From positions 1 to 30,944 of the IMG/VR virus record IMGVR_UViG_3300042549_002952: 30,944 nt of DNA, one strand, 5' to 3'. Of the stretch, positions 14,982 to 23,356 are shown piece after piece (within the stretch, counting starts at the first letter, position 1; each line of letters starts with the position of its first letter). Under the pieces are notes generated by a model that saw nothing but the letters and a program-made list of their open reading frames with translations, made no database searches and was not told the DNA's origin. The translations under genes were made by a program, and so were the position numbers. The DNA is from a virus (lineage: Duplodnaviria > Caudoviricetes).

Positions 14982-15794
14982 TCAGTAGATGTGAGAGGTG
15001 AACTTGGCGAGGCTGACGCCTTCGTAGCGACGGCACAGATAGTCGAGGCTGACGAACATGGGGTCGTAGCTGCCGTCTTCGACCTGGTGCTTGACGATCA
15101 CGCCACGCCAGTGAGCGTTGCCTTGCGGCCCCTTGTAATCCTCGTCATGCAGATAGCAAGCGCCGGCGATGAGTCCGTGATGGCTTCGACCGGCGACGAA
15201 CCTGATGGCGTAGTCGAGTGTCTGCTGGTGGCCCATTGTGAAGGTGTGGCCGATCTGCTTGAGTCGACCTGCCGCTGCGCCGCCCAATGGGCGGCCACTC
15301 ATCGGCTGGACATACACATGGCAGTAGCCGACACCATCGATGAACACTGGCTCGAGGTAGCGATGCACCTGCCAGCCGTGCGCTTCGTAGTTGAGATCGT
15401 CGGTAGAGATGAGGCCGTGCAGCTTGGGGTCATCGTTCGTTGCCCGGTTGATGCGGTCCTCATGGTTGCCGAGCGTCAGATGCAGCTCGGGCTTGTAGAG
15501 CTTGTCTTTCACCTTGCGCTGGTGATCGTTGAAGCGCTCAAGCGGTGCGCACAGAATGTCGAAGGCTTCGTTGGCTGCTTCGATGTCATCGTTGTAGCGG
15601 CGACCCTCGAAGGATCGCTTGCCGATGTCGTAACTGCTGAGGCTTGGCATGTCGGCATGGTCGCCAAGGTGCACCACTACGTCGGGCTTGCGCTCGATTA
15701 TGTAGGCACCGATCCACTCGAGGTGGGCAGTCGGGACTCCTGGCTTGGCTTGCGTGTCAGGAATGACTAGGTGCGTGCGCGTTGAATCAGACAT
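14982..15794 (-). CDS. Calcineurin-like metallophosphoesterase
   Basis: VIPDTQ, HLGDHAD, LGNHE and MGHQQ metal-binding motifs. Confidence 0.88.
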   Translation of the reverse strand: MSDSTRTHLVIPDTQAKPGVPTAHLEWIGAYIIERKPDVVVHLGDHADMPSLSSYDIGKRSFEGRRYNDDIEAANEAFDILCAPLERFNDHQRKVKDKLYKPELHLTLGNHEDRINRATNDDPKLHGLISTDDLNYEAHGWQVHRYLEPVFIDGVGYCHVYVQPMSGRPLGGAAAGRLKQIGHTFTMGHQQTLDYAIRFVAGRSHHGLIAGACYLHDEDYKGPQGNAHWRGVIVKHQVEDGSYDPMFVSLDYLCRRYEGVSLAKFTSHIY

Positions 15795-15822
15795 GCAGTC
15801 GCCCGTCTGTGGAGGGAAAGAA

Positions 15823-16152
15823 CTACCAGCGACGCTTGCCCCGATGGTGCACAGCCTCATGGCGGTGCAGCTCGTCGGTGACAGCGTCGAAGCGTGCGTC
15901 GACCTTGGCGTCGACGGCACGAACATCGCCGCCGATCTGTTTCACGTCGCCGATCAGTTCGTCGAAGCGTTCGTTGTTTGAGCGCAGATTCTGGTCGTGC
16001 TGGTCACGGTTCTCGGTGCGCAGTCTTACGACCTGCACGACGAGTGTGGTGATGGCACCGAGCACAAGCGTGATGCCGGTGAGGATTGCGACCCACTCGG
16101 CAGCGCCGAAGCCGGGACTGTCGCTGATGGCCGTCGAGGCTTGGGCGAGCAT
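15823..16152 (-). CDS. Membrane protein (one TM + coiled coil), lysis-cassette associated
   Basis: WVAILTGITLVLGAITTLVVQVV then coiled coil; directly after the endolysin. Confidence 0.75.
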   Translation of the reverse strand: MLAQASTAISDSPGFGAAEWVAILTGITLVLGAITTLVVQVVRLRTENRDQHDQNLRSNNERFDELIGDVKQIGGDVRAVDAKVDARFDAVTDELHRHEAVHHRGKRRW

Positions 16153-16156
16153 GGCA

Positions 16157-17023
16157 CTAACTGCGACCGGCGTTGATATCTGACCAAGCACTCCAGCCGC
16201 CGCCAGGGGTGATCTGATGCGATTGCCAGAGACCGCCAGCAGCGGTGACTGTTACTCGCAAGCGACCGTCGCTGAGCTTCTCGGCAAAGAGGTTTGAGCC
16301 GGCGATGCCGCCCATGACTTCGACCCATGGCCCAACCTTGCCGCCAGGCTTTGAGGCCCAAGCGTGGACCGCTTGACCGCCAGAGGTAAGAGCGAACCAT
16401 TCCTCGCGGCCGTCGGTGTTGATGAGTTTGAACATGTCAGCCTCGCTAGATTCGGTGGGCGTTGGTGCCGGTGGGGTTGGTTGGCCGACGATCGCTTCGA
16501 CAAGAAGCTGATCGAGAGCTGCACGATCGGGATGGCGTGACCATGCGTCGGAGCGATCCCAGGGTTGGACATCGCCGTGGCAGAACAGACCGGGACGGTT
16601 GAGAGCGTCGGTGCCGATCCATTGAGCGTTCGCTGCTGGATCGATTCCGAGGAATCCCCACAGGGCACGGATGGCTTCGCCTGCTCGAGCGATCATTGCT
16701 TGGGTGTTGGCATCGTCGGGGCTGAGATCAGCGCTGCGACCGGCGAGACAGATGTGCCAGGTGCGCGAGTTGTAGCCAGAGGCGGCGACGCTGAAGGTGG
16801 TGAAGCTAGGCGGAACTAGCACGACCGTTTCTTCGCTGTCGACGATGCAGGCATAGGAGCCGGGATCGCTGCGTCGAGCAATGAAGCCGGCAAGGTTGCG
16901 CGCGCTGCCTGGTCCGGTCGGACCCTCAGAGGTGTGCACGCCGATCGCATAGGTCGGCGTTGCGTTCCTTGAGGGATAGAACTGCGGCGACGCCGGTGGA
17001 TTGTCGAGCAGGTAGTAGCCCAT
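16157..17023 (-). CDS. Endolysin: N-acetylmuramoyl-L-alanine amidase (Amidase_2-like) with Pro linker and Trp-rich C-terminal binding repeats
   Basis: IGVHTSEG, SYACIVD, YNSRTWHICLAG, FCHGDV...RSD; linker PTPPAPTPT; TGATG overlap at 17023. Confidence 0.82.
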   Translation of the reverse strand: MGYYLLDNPPASPQFYPSRNATPTYAIGVHTSEGPTGPGSARNLAGFIARRSDPGSYACIVDSEETVVLVPPSFTTFSVAASGYNSRTWHICLAGRSADLSPDDANTQAMIARAGEAIRALWGFLGIDPAANAQWIGTDALNRPGLFCHGDVQPWDRSDAWSRHPDRAALDQLLVEAIVGQPTPPAPTPTESSEADMFKLINTDGREEWFALTSGGQAVHAWASKPGGKVGPWVEVMGGIAGSNLFAEKLSDGRLRVTVTAAGGLWQSHQITPGGGWSAWSDINAGRS

Positions 17024-17658
17024 CAGCCCGGTGCGCCGGATGGGCCGATGTCTTCGACGGTCATGTTGACGTTTTCGAGTGTGGAGATTTGTGCGGAAAC
17101 ACCAGCAGTGCGAGCCAGTGTGAGAAGGATTGTGTAACTGCCAGCGGCGATTGCCCGAGAACCCATCACATGAACATTTAGTTTTGTCTGACCAGTACCG
17201 AAAACAATGTTTCCACCCCACCAAACCGTTCCAGTGGTGCTGTTCTCGCGAATACGCATTGTGTAACTATCGCCGGCAGTTGCGGTGATTGTTGTTGAGA
17301 TGCTGACCCGGTAGAACCGATTGGCGAGAGCAGTGAAAGAGCTACTTGTAAAGACTGCCGTTTCAGTTGTGCCGGACGTGGACGTGCCGGGTCCGGTTCC
17401 TTGCGCCCTAACCATCAGACCCCACGGAGCGTTCCAGCCTGGGCCCTTACGCCAGTTCGTTCCGTTGTAGGTGTAGAGACCCTCGTCGGCGTCGTTGCTG
17501 CCGATGTAGGCAACCATGCCGTCTTCGGGTTCGGTGAGCGCAGTGTCGCGTGCGGTCGTCGTCGCGAAATACATGACGCCCTGCTCCATCAGGTAGTTGT
17601 TGACATCTGATGCAGTTAGTACCGCGCCAGCGGTGAATGCTTTGTAGCCAGAACCCAT
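17023..17658 (-). CDS. Minor tail / receptor-binding protein
   Basis: FTAGAVLTASDVNNYL N-terminal motif typical of actinophage tail-fibre anchors; beta-rich C-terminus. Confidence 0.75.
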   Translation of the reverse strand: MGSGYKAFTAGAVLTASDVNNYLMEQGVMYFATTTARDTALTEPEDGMVAYIGSNDADEGLYTYNGTNWRKGPGWNAPWGLMVRAQGTGPGTSTSGTTETAVFTSSSFTALANRFYRVSISTTITATAGDSYTMRIRENSTTGTVWWGGNIVFGTGQTKLNVHVMGSRAIAAGSYTILLTLARTAGVSAQISTLENVNMTVEDIGPSGAPG

Positions 17659-17673
17659 TGCGGTGTCCTCCTG

Positions 17674-19167
17674 CTAGTAGGCGAGCTTGTTTTGATTCAA
17701 GACGCCGAAGTTGGTGTTGTCGAGAATGAAGAAGCCGGTGTAGAACGTGGCGCTCGAAAGGCCGAACGTGGTGCTCCAGTTGCCGGGCGTAATTGTGTGG
17801 CCGACCGATTCCACAAAGCAGTCGCGCTCGACAGCATCGCCGCCGCCAGGCACTGCGAACTTCACCGTCACACGATCGCGAATCTTGCGTGAAAGCAGAT
17901 CGGGATAGAGGGTGGACGGGTTGCCCTGCGGTGCGAACCGAATCTCTTCCGGTCGCAGCTCAGGGTTCGCATACTGCGAAGCCAAGAACAGGGCAAGATC
18001 CTTTGCTTCGTTCTGTCCGTAGGAAGTGTCAGTGCCCACTGTCGAAACGATCGGCACTTCGATTGCGAGGGTGCGTGCACCGTAAAGCGAGATTGATTCA
18101 GCGTTTGAGACGATGACGGTGGTGCCGGTCAGAGTCCTGCCGTTGACTGCGTTCGTCACGGTTCGGTCAATCTTGACGATGTTGTAGATCAAAGAGTCGT
18201 CATAAACAATGGAAGTGCCGACAAACTTCTTGCCCTCTGCGTCGGTGGTGTCGTACACCGACTGCACGTTGATTGAGCGATCGTCAGAGATGATGGCGTC
18301 ACGGTCGGCGAAGACGAGCGTGCCATCATCGTCGACATAGATGACGCCAGAGTCTGCAGCTGCTGCTTCTTGCAGCATCTCAATCGGGGTCTTTGTTGCA
18401 TCTTGCGGGGCAAGGAATGTGGTGCCTTCGTCGATGTCGCGCAGATTGTCGGGCCAGCTGATCGCATTGAGAATCGTTTCAATGCGAAGCCCTGGCAGAT
18501 CGGTGCCAGTTCCAATGATCGGTGTCGTTGTGACACCGCCCGAAACTTTGATACCGCCAGTTGTTCCTGTGCCAGTGACGTCAATCGAAGAGGGGCCCAA
18601 GCCGCCGCCGTCTGAAGGCTGTGAGATACCGATGTCGAAAGTGGTCGTGGCGCTTGACGAGATGCTTGCCGATGAGGGCAAGCCGCCGATGATTGTCGAC
18701 AGTGGCTTGAAAGCATCAGAGCAAGAGATCGTGGCAGTGGCGTCGCCGATGCCAGCGTCTGAGTAGTCAAAGGTCCATGAGTCAATGAAGCCACGAAAGA
18801 TTGAGTAGGTGGTGCCGTCCCAGGTCGCACGAACTACGACCGGGATCGAGGGCACGACGCCAGTGACGCCGACGGTGGCGTTGTAGTACGGGCTGGCCGT
18901 GTTGGTTGGGTCGAATGATCGGTCGCGATTGTCCAGCGTGATCGTTGCCGTGCCAGTGCCGAAACGCTCAAGCGCTCGACGCCGGCCACGGTTCGTGGTG
19001 ATCGATCGCACCGATGTGGAGATGTCGTAGAAGAACGCACCGTCGCCGAGGGTGCCAGTGTCAAGACCAGGGTCGGTGACATCAAGAACCAGTCGCGTGC
19101 CAGTGTTCGCACCCACGACCGAAGGTGCGAACAGCACCTCAAGCGTTGGCATGTTGGCGAGGCTCAT
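17674..19167 (-). CDS. Minor tail (baseplate hub / tail tip) protein
   Basis: Follows the tape measure; GTATITLDNRDRSFDP, IFRGFIDSW, CFVESVGHTITPGNWSTTF. Confidence 0.82.
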   Translation of the reverse strand: MSLANMPTLEVLFAPSVVGANTGTRLVLDVTDPGLDTGTLGDGAFFYDISTSVRSITTNRGRRRALERFGTGTATITLDNRDRSFDPTNTASPYYNATVGVTGVVPSIPVVVRATWDGTTYSIFRGFIDSWTFDYSDAGIGDATATISCSDAFKPLSTIIGGLPSSASISSSATTTFDIGISQPSDGGGLGPSSIDVTGTGTTGGIKVSGGVTTTPIIGTGTDLPGLRIETILNAISWPDNLRDIDEGTTFLAPQDATKTPIEMLQEAAAADSGVIYVDDDGTLVFADRDAIISDDRSINVQSVYDTTDAEGKKFVGTSIVYDDSLIYNIVKIDRTVTNAVNGRTLTGTTVIVSNAESISLYGARTLAIEVPIVSTVGTDTSYGQNEAKDLALFLASQYANPELRPEEIRFAPQGNPSTLYPDLLSRKIRDRVTVKFAVPGGGDAVERDCFVESVGHTITPGNWSTTFGLSSATFYTGFFILDNTNFGVLNQNKLAY

Positions 19168-21359
19168 GGCACAAGTACCGTTGCGCCTCGACGACTAGCG
19201 CGCGCGATGGCATCGATCACGATGCGCTCGATGGCGTCGGGATCTCCTGCGACGGTGTTGATCGTGACGTTGATTGCAGGACCGCCGCCCAGACCTTTGC
19301 CGCTGAACAGTGCCTTTTGCTGCTGAGGGTTCAGGATCATCTCGTTGTCGTGCAGCACAGCGAGACCAGAGCCGCCACCCATGCCGGCGTTGAAGATGCC
19401 GCCTGCCTCAAAGCGCGGCAACTTGGGGGCGCTGATGGTGTTGCCGCCGATGACTGGCACCCAGCCAGGGACAGACCAAGACAACTTGCCGACGGTGTTG
19501 TTCCAGGCGTCTGAGATGAAGTTGAAGGCAGTCTTGAAAGGGCCGCTGATTGCGTCGGCGATGTTGGTGAAGACGCTGCCGATGATGTCCTTGGCGGTCT
19601 GGAAGAATCCCCAGACCGTTGCGATGCCGTTGATGATGTTGAAGAACGCGCCCTTGATGATGTTCCATGCGGTGTTGATTGCGCCAGAGATGGCGTCCCA
19701 CACGACCTGCACTACCTTCCACAAAAGTTGCAGGTATGGGATGAGAATGTTTTGGATGTACCAGTAGATCTTGTCCCAGATCGGTTTGATGACATTGTTC
19801 CAAGCGAACAGGACAACGGCCATGATGATCTCGAACGCTTTTTTGTAAATGTTGAACAGCAAGGTCACATAGGGGATGAGAATGTTTTGGATGTACCAGT
19901 AGATCTTGTCCCAGATCGGTTTGATGACATTGTCCCAAGCAAAGCTAGTGACGGCTTGAATCTTTGACCAGACGTTTTCCCAGTTGGCTTGGAGCCACTT
20001 GATGATTGCAACCATCGCAACGATCGGCAGGATAATTGGCCCGCCGAGGATGGCGATGATTGCTGCGTAGGCTTTGTGGTCCATGATCCATTTGAAGACC
20101 TGGTCCCAGTTGCGCCAGAGATAGATCGCCGCAGCGACCATCGCTCCGATGGCGACGCCGATCGCGATGAACGGTGCAGCTGCAGCAACAGTCGCAGCGA
20201 TAGCGGCGAGCATTGAGACCGTGTAGGCGGTGAGCACGATGATCATGATGCCGCCGAGCACGCCGGCGACGACCACCATCATGTCTTTGTGTTCTTCCAT
20301 GAACTTGGTGAGCTCGTCGACCTTGGGACCGAGCTGGTCCATGACCTCGCCGATCTTGTTGAACACTTTGGTGGCGATGGGTTCGATGGCCAAGAACACG
20401 CGGTTCTTGAGCATGGTCAGTTTCTCGGCGAAGTCTTGAGTGTCTGCACTTGCGCCGAGGATGGTTTCGCCGCCGCCTGCGATGGCTGCGGTCATGTCTT
20501 CATACGAGAGCTTGCCTTCACGAATGAGGGCTGCAAGTTTCGGGCCAGCCTTTGCGCCGAACACGTCGAGCGCAATGCCTGCGCCAGCAACGTCGCTAGG
20601 TGCGCCCTTGATTGCGTTGAAGGTTTCGCTGAAGACGCTCGAGGCGTCTTTGCCTTGCTTGGCTGCAGTAGCCAGGGACTTCGACAGCGCTGGCATCACG
20701 TCGCCAGCGTCCACGCCAGCCTTGGCGAGTGTGGCGAGGAAGCCTGCGGACTGGTCGAAAGAGAGACCAACTTCACGCAGAACTACGCCGGCTCCACTCA
20801 TGGTGCCGGCAAGTTCCGCGACCGACACGCCAGAGGCTTGCGAGGCACGGAAGAGGAGATCGAGTTTGCCCGATTGATCTGCAGCACCGACGCCGAAGTT
20901 GTTGAACACGTCGGTGACTGCTGTGAGGTTGCCACCGAGATCGGTGCCGGTCATGCGTGACAGCTCAAGCACCTGGCTAGAGAGTGTCTGCAGAGGTGCG
21001 CCGGTGAGGCCGAGCTTCTGTGAGAAGACGGTGATGGCTTTGCCAGCATCGCCGAACGATGCAGGCACTGTGCCGGCGACCGCTTTCATGTCGGCTTGCA
21101 GTGCCTCAAGTGCCGGACCGGTTGCGCCGGTGCCGATGCGAATGTTGTCGAAGGCTTCGTCGAATGACGACCCGATCTCGAACAGTCCGGCAGCGACTGC
21201 GCCAGCACCGATGAGGATGCCTGCGCCGGCGACCTTTGCTGCGCCTGAGAGTTTCGTTGAGATGCTTGAGGTCGACTTCGCCAGCTTGTCCAGTTCTGAC
21301 TGCGCCCGGTTGAGGCCCTTCGCATCGAACTGAGAGATGACATTCAGATTGACAGCCAT
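19164..21359 (-). CDS. Tape measure protein
   Basis: 731 aa, Ala/Gly-rich, PhageMin_Tail-like N half, Trp-periodic repeats, position in the tail operon. Confidence 0.92.
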   Translation of the reverse strand: MAVNLNVISQFDAKGLNRAQSELDKLAKSTSSISTKLSGAAKVAGAGILIGAGAVAAGLFEIGSSFDEAFDNIRIGTGATGPALEALQADMKAVAGTVPASFGDAGKAITVFSQKLGLTGAPLQTLSSQVLELSRMTGTDLGGNLTAVTDVFNNFGVGAADQSGKLDLLFRASQASGVSVAELAGTMSGAGVVLREVGLSFDQSAGFLATLAKAGVDAGDVMPALSKSLATAAKQGKDASSVFSETFNAIKGAPSDVAGAGIALDVFGAKAGPKLAALIREGKLSYEDMTAAIAGGGETILGASADTQDFAEKLTMLKNRVFLAIEPIATKVFNKIGEVMDQLGPKVDELTKFMEEHKDMMVVVAGVLGGIMIIVLTAYTVSMLAAIAATVAAAAPFIAIGVAIGAMVAAAIYLWRNWDQVFKWIMDHKAYAAIIAILGGPIILPIVAMVAIIKWLQANWENVWSKIQAVTSFAWDNVIKPIWDKIYWYIQNILIPYVTLLFNIYKKAFEIIMAVVLFAWNNVIKPIWDKIYWYIQNILIPYLQLLWKVVQVVWDAISGAINTAWNIIKGAFFNIINGIATVWGFFQTAKDIIGSVFTNIADAISGPFKTAFNFISDAWNNTVGKLSWSVPGWVPVIGGNTISAPKLPRFEAGGIFNAGMGGGSGLAVLHDNEMILNPQQQKALFSGKGLGGGPAINVTINTVAGDPDAIERIVIDAIARASRRGATVLVP
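19738..19933. repeat. 61-bp exact duplication inside the tape measure gene (135-bp period)
   Basis: 19738-19798 equals 19873-19933; encodes NVIKPIWDKIYWYIQNILIP twice. Confidence 0.9.
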
Positions 21360-21377
21360 AGCGTCCTCAGTCCTGCG

Positions 21378-21947
21378 TTAGTCGAGCTTTCGTTGCAGCT
21401 CGTTCTCAAACTTGTTGATCGTCTCGAGCACTGACCGAGTGATCGCTTGCTCGCCACCCTTGGCATCCCATGCACGCCAGATCAGGCGAGATGGTTTGCC
21501 GCCACGCAGCGTGATGGCGTTGACGAAGCTGATGCCAGCAGTGCCACTGCCCGAGGATTTCTTGCCGGCGAGTTCATACACTGCGCCAGCGGCTGACTTG
21601 TTCTGGATTCGCCAGGCTGCCGAGGTTGCTGAGCCTTTGCTTCGACTTCCACCTTGGCGGACGACGATGCCCTTCAGCACCTCTGATTGATCCCAGCCGA
21701 GTCGACTACTCCACTTGCCGTTGCCGCCGCTCTTCCAGTTGCGCATCGCAACGGAAGGGACGTAGGACTTAGCCAGGGACGAGACGGGAGTGATGAAGCT
21801 CTTGATCTCTTTGTCCATTGCTTTGCGAAGATCAGCGTCTGCAAGTTTCAGTTGTTTCTTAAACTCGTTGTAGCCGTTCAAGACAACGGTGGTTTCGAGT
21901 CCACCGCTCTCGATTTCGGTGGCCATGCCCTTGACCTTCTTGGCCAT
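21378..21947 (-). CDS. HK97 gp10-like tail completion / neck protein
   Basis: Basic protein, LNGYNEFKKQLK...AGAVYELAG...SRLIWRAWD; lies in the tail operon. Confidence 0.65.
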   Translation of the reverse strand: MAKKVKGMATEIESGGLETTVVLNGYNEFKKQLKLADADLRKAMDKEIKSFITPVSSLAKSYVPSVAMRNWKSGGNGKWSSRLGWDQSEVLKGIVVRQGGSRSKGSATSAAWRIQNKSAAGAVYELAGKKSSGSGTAGISFVNAITLRGGKPSRLIWRAWDAKGGEQAITRSVLETINKFENELQRKLD

Positions 21948-21949
21948 GA

Positions 21950-22075
21950 CTACCCCTTCCGAGATTGTTCTTTCAGTACCGCAACGATCGCCCAGAACAC
22001 GTCCGGCGGAGTGTCGAGCAGATCGTTGGGTGCGATGCTGGTGGCAACAGAAACCTGCGCCACCAGCATCGTCAT
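21950..22075 (-). CDS. Tail assembly chaperone, -1 frame extension (gpT-like)
   Basis: Open -1 frame after the slippery site: ...MTMLVAQVSVATSIAPNDLLDTPPDVFWAIVAVLKEQSRKG. Confidence 0.72.
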   Translation of the reverse strand: MTMLVAQVSVATSIAPNDLLDTPPDVFWAIVAVLKEQSRKG

Positions 22076-22347
22076 GCTTTCTCTAAAGGGACGCGCGGCT
22101 CGTCGCCGGCTTCGATCGAGTCAATGTCGTCAAGCCATTCGTCGAATGGTTTCACGACAAGACCGGAAACGTGCGAGCCCTTCCAGGCTGCCCAGCAGAG
22201 CGCTTCGTAAGAGGCGTCCTGGCCGAACAGTTGGGTCATCGGCTTAGCGAACTGACGCTCGGCAGCGACGATGACCTTGGGGGTGACAGGGATCTCATAC
22301 GGCTCGCCCTGTGCAGGAACGACCCGAAGACGCATGAGAGCAGCCAT
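22072..22347 (-). CDS. Tail assembly chaperone (gpG-like)
   Basis: Directly after the major tail gene; ends with a slippery heptamer. Confidence 0.8.
   Translation of the reverse strand: MAALMRLRVVPAQGEPYEIPVTPKVIVAAERQFAKPMTQLFGQDASYEALCWAAWKGSHVSGLVVKPFDEWLDDIDSIEAGDEPRVPLEKA
22084..22090 (-). other. Programmed -1 frameshift site C CCT TTA
   Basis: In-frame X XXY YYZ heptamer near the end of the chaperone, with an open -1 frame to 21950. Confidence 0.75.
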
Positions 22348-22349
22348 GA

Positions 22350-22754
22350 CTAGGCCGTCGCCTTGGCGATGGTGCCGTCGATTGGCCAGGTGATTGAGGC
22401 AGCGGCGAGTTCGCCGACCTGCGCATCGAGTGGCATCCATTCGGTGACAAGCGCCGAGAAGGTGTAAGACGGATTGGCGGTGCCAGTGGCGGTGCCGTTG
22501 GGCTTGACAATGACAGCAGCAGTGCTGCCGATCAATGGGTAGAGCGTCTGTTCGACGGATGCAGCGGCGAAATCTTGGTTAAAATCAATCGCTACTGACG
22601 AGTCAGCGAGACCGGCAACGCGACGCACGGCAGTGTTGCCGAATGTCGTGGTCTCGATCTCGGCGCGCGTTGTTGAGAGTGTCACCTTGGTGATGTGGCT
22701 TGAGAGGTCCACGCCGCCGATGGAGACGTTGGCATTAGTGATGACGATGGCCAT
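22350..22754 (-). CDS. Major tail tube protein
   Basis: VDLSSHITKVTL...ETTTFG...VAGL...NPSYTFSALV...ITWPIDG; RBS GGAGG. Confidence 0.85.
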   Translation of the reverse strand: MAIVITNANVSIGGVDLSSHITKVTLSTTRAEIETTTFGNTAVRRVAGLADSSVAIDFNQDFAAASVEQTLYPLIGSTAAVIVKPNGTATGTANPSYTFSALVTEWMPLDAQVGELAAASITWPIDGTIAKATA

Positions 22755-22760
22755 GACGGC

Positions 22761-22940
22761 TTAGTCCTCCTGGGTAGATGTTGCTGGTTCGACCTTGGTG
22801 GTCTTGGACTTGGTGCTTGCGAGGTGACCAGCACCGATGAGGTGCTCGATGTCGCAACCCTCGAGGTCGTCATCGCTGACGATCTCGCCGGGTTCGTGGC
22901 CCACCACGTTGAGTGGGCCGACGATCTTGTAGGTGTTCAC
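22761..22940 (-). CDS. Small virion-associated hypothetical protein (59 aa, not in ORF track)
   Basis: GTG after AGGAG; MNTYKIVGPLNVVGHEPGEIVSDDDLEGCDIEHLIGAGHL... Confidence 0.72.
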   Translation of the reverse strand: MNTYKIVGPLNVVGHEPGEIVSDDDLEGCDIEHLIGAGHLASTKSKTTKVEPATSTQED

Positions 22941-22948
22941 GGGGACTC

Positions 22949-23356
22949 CTATGCGTGGACGGTGACGTTGAACTCGCAGGTGAGATACGAGGCATCACCA
23001 AGCGAAAGAGGACGGACGGCGATCATGTCGCCGACCTTGAGAGTTGAGCAGTTACCGCCGAGCGTTGTGTCGGCTTCGATTGCTGCACGCACTGATTGCG
23101 TGCCGCCGTAACTCATCCAGCCGTCGAGGTAGCGCTGCGCTACTCGATCACCCATGCGACCAGCGACAAGGCTGATGGTGAACTCCCATTCGGAAAGGCC
23201 GCCAGCCATTGCTCGGTGATAGGTCACCGACTGCATCTGTATGACTGCCATCGGCGGGTTCACTTGTTCGGGCAGATGATCGGCAACTCGCAGCCCTGAG
23301 ATGGTTGCGAGACGAACGCCGAGTGCAGTCTGAATCGAAGAGGCGGTGCCAGCCAT
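22949..23356 (-). CDS. Tail terminator / head-tail joining protein
   Basis: Position plus SVRAAIEADTTLGG motif; TAATG overlap. Confidence 0.72.
   Translation of the reverse strand: MAGTASSIQTALGVRLATISGLRVADHLPEQVNPPMAVIQMQSVTYHRAMAGGLSEWEFTISLVAGRMGDRVAQRYLDGWMSYGGTQSVRAAIEADTTLGGNCSTLKVGDMIAVRPLSLGDASYLTCEFNVTVHA

Noticed and set aside
14952-15770. Long plus-strand ORFs (also 13204-13848, 20289-20960, 24707-25330 and others)
   Set aside because: Antisense shadows of well-supported minus-strand genes in GC-rich DNA; no motifs or RBS support.
16730-16800. Catalytically dead endolysin (Cys where many amidases have Glu)
   Set aside because: Putative Zn ligands (His, His, Asp) are present, and I recall similar xxLCxAG variants in actinophage amidases. 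Not enough to call it inactive.
19738-19933. Diversity-generating retroelement TR/VR pair
   Set aside because: No reverse transcriptase; the copies are identical, in frame and inside the tape measure gene, with no adenine-specific differences.
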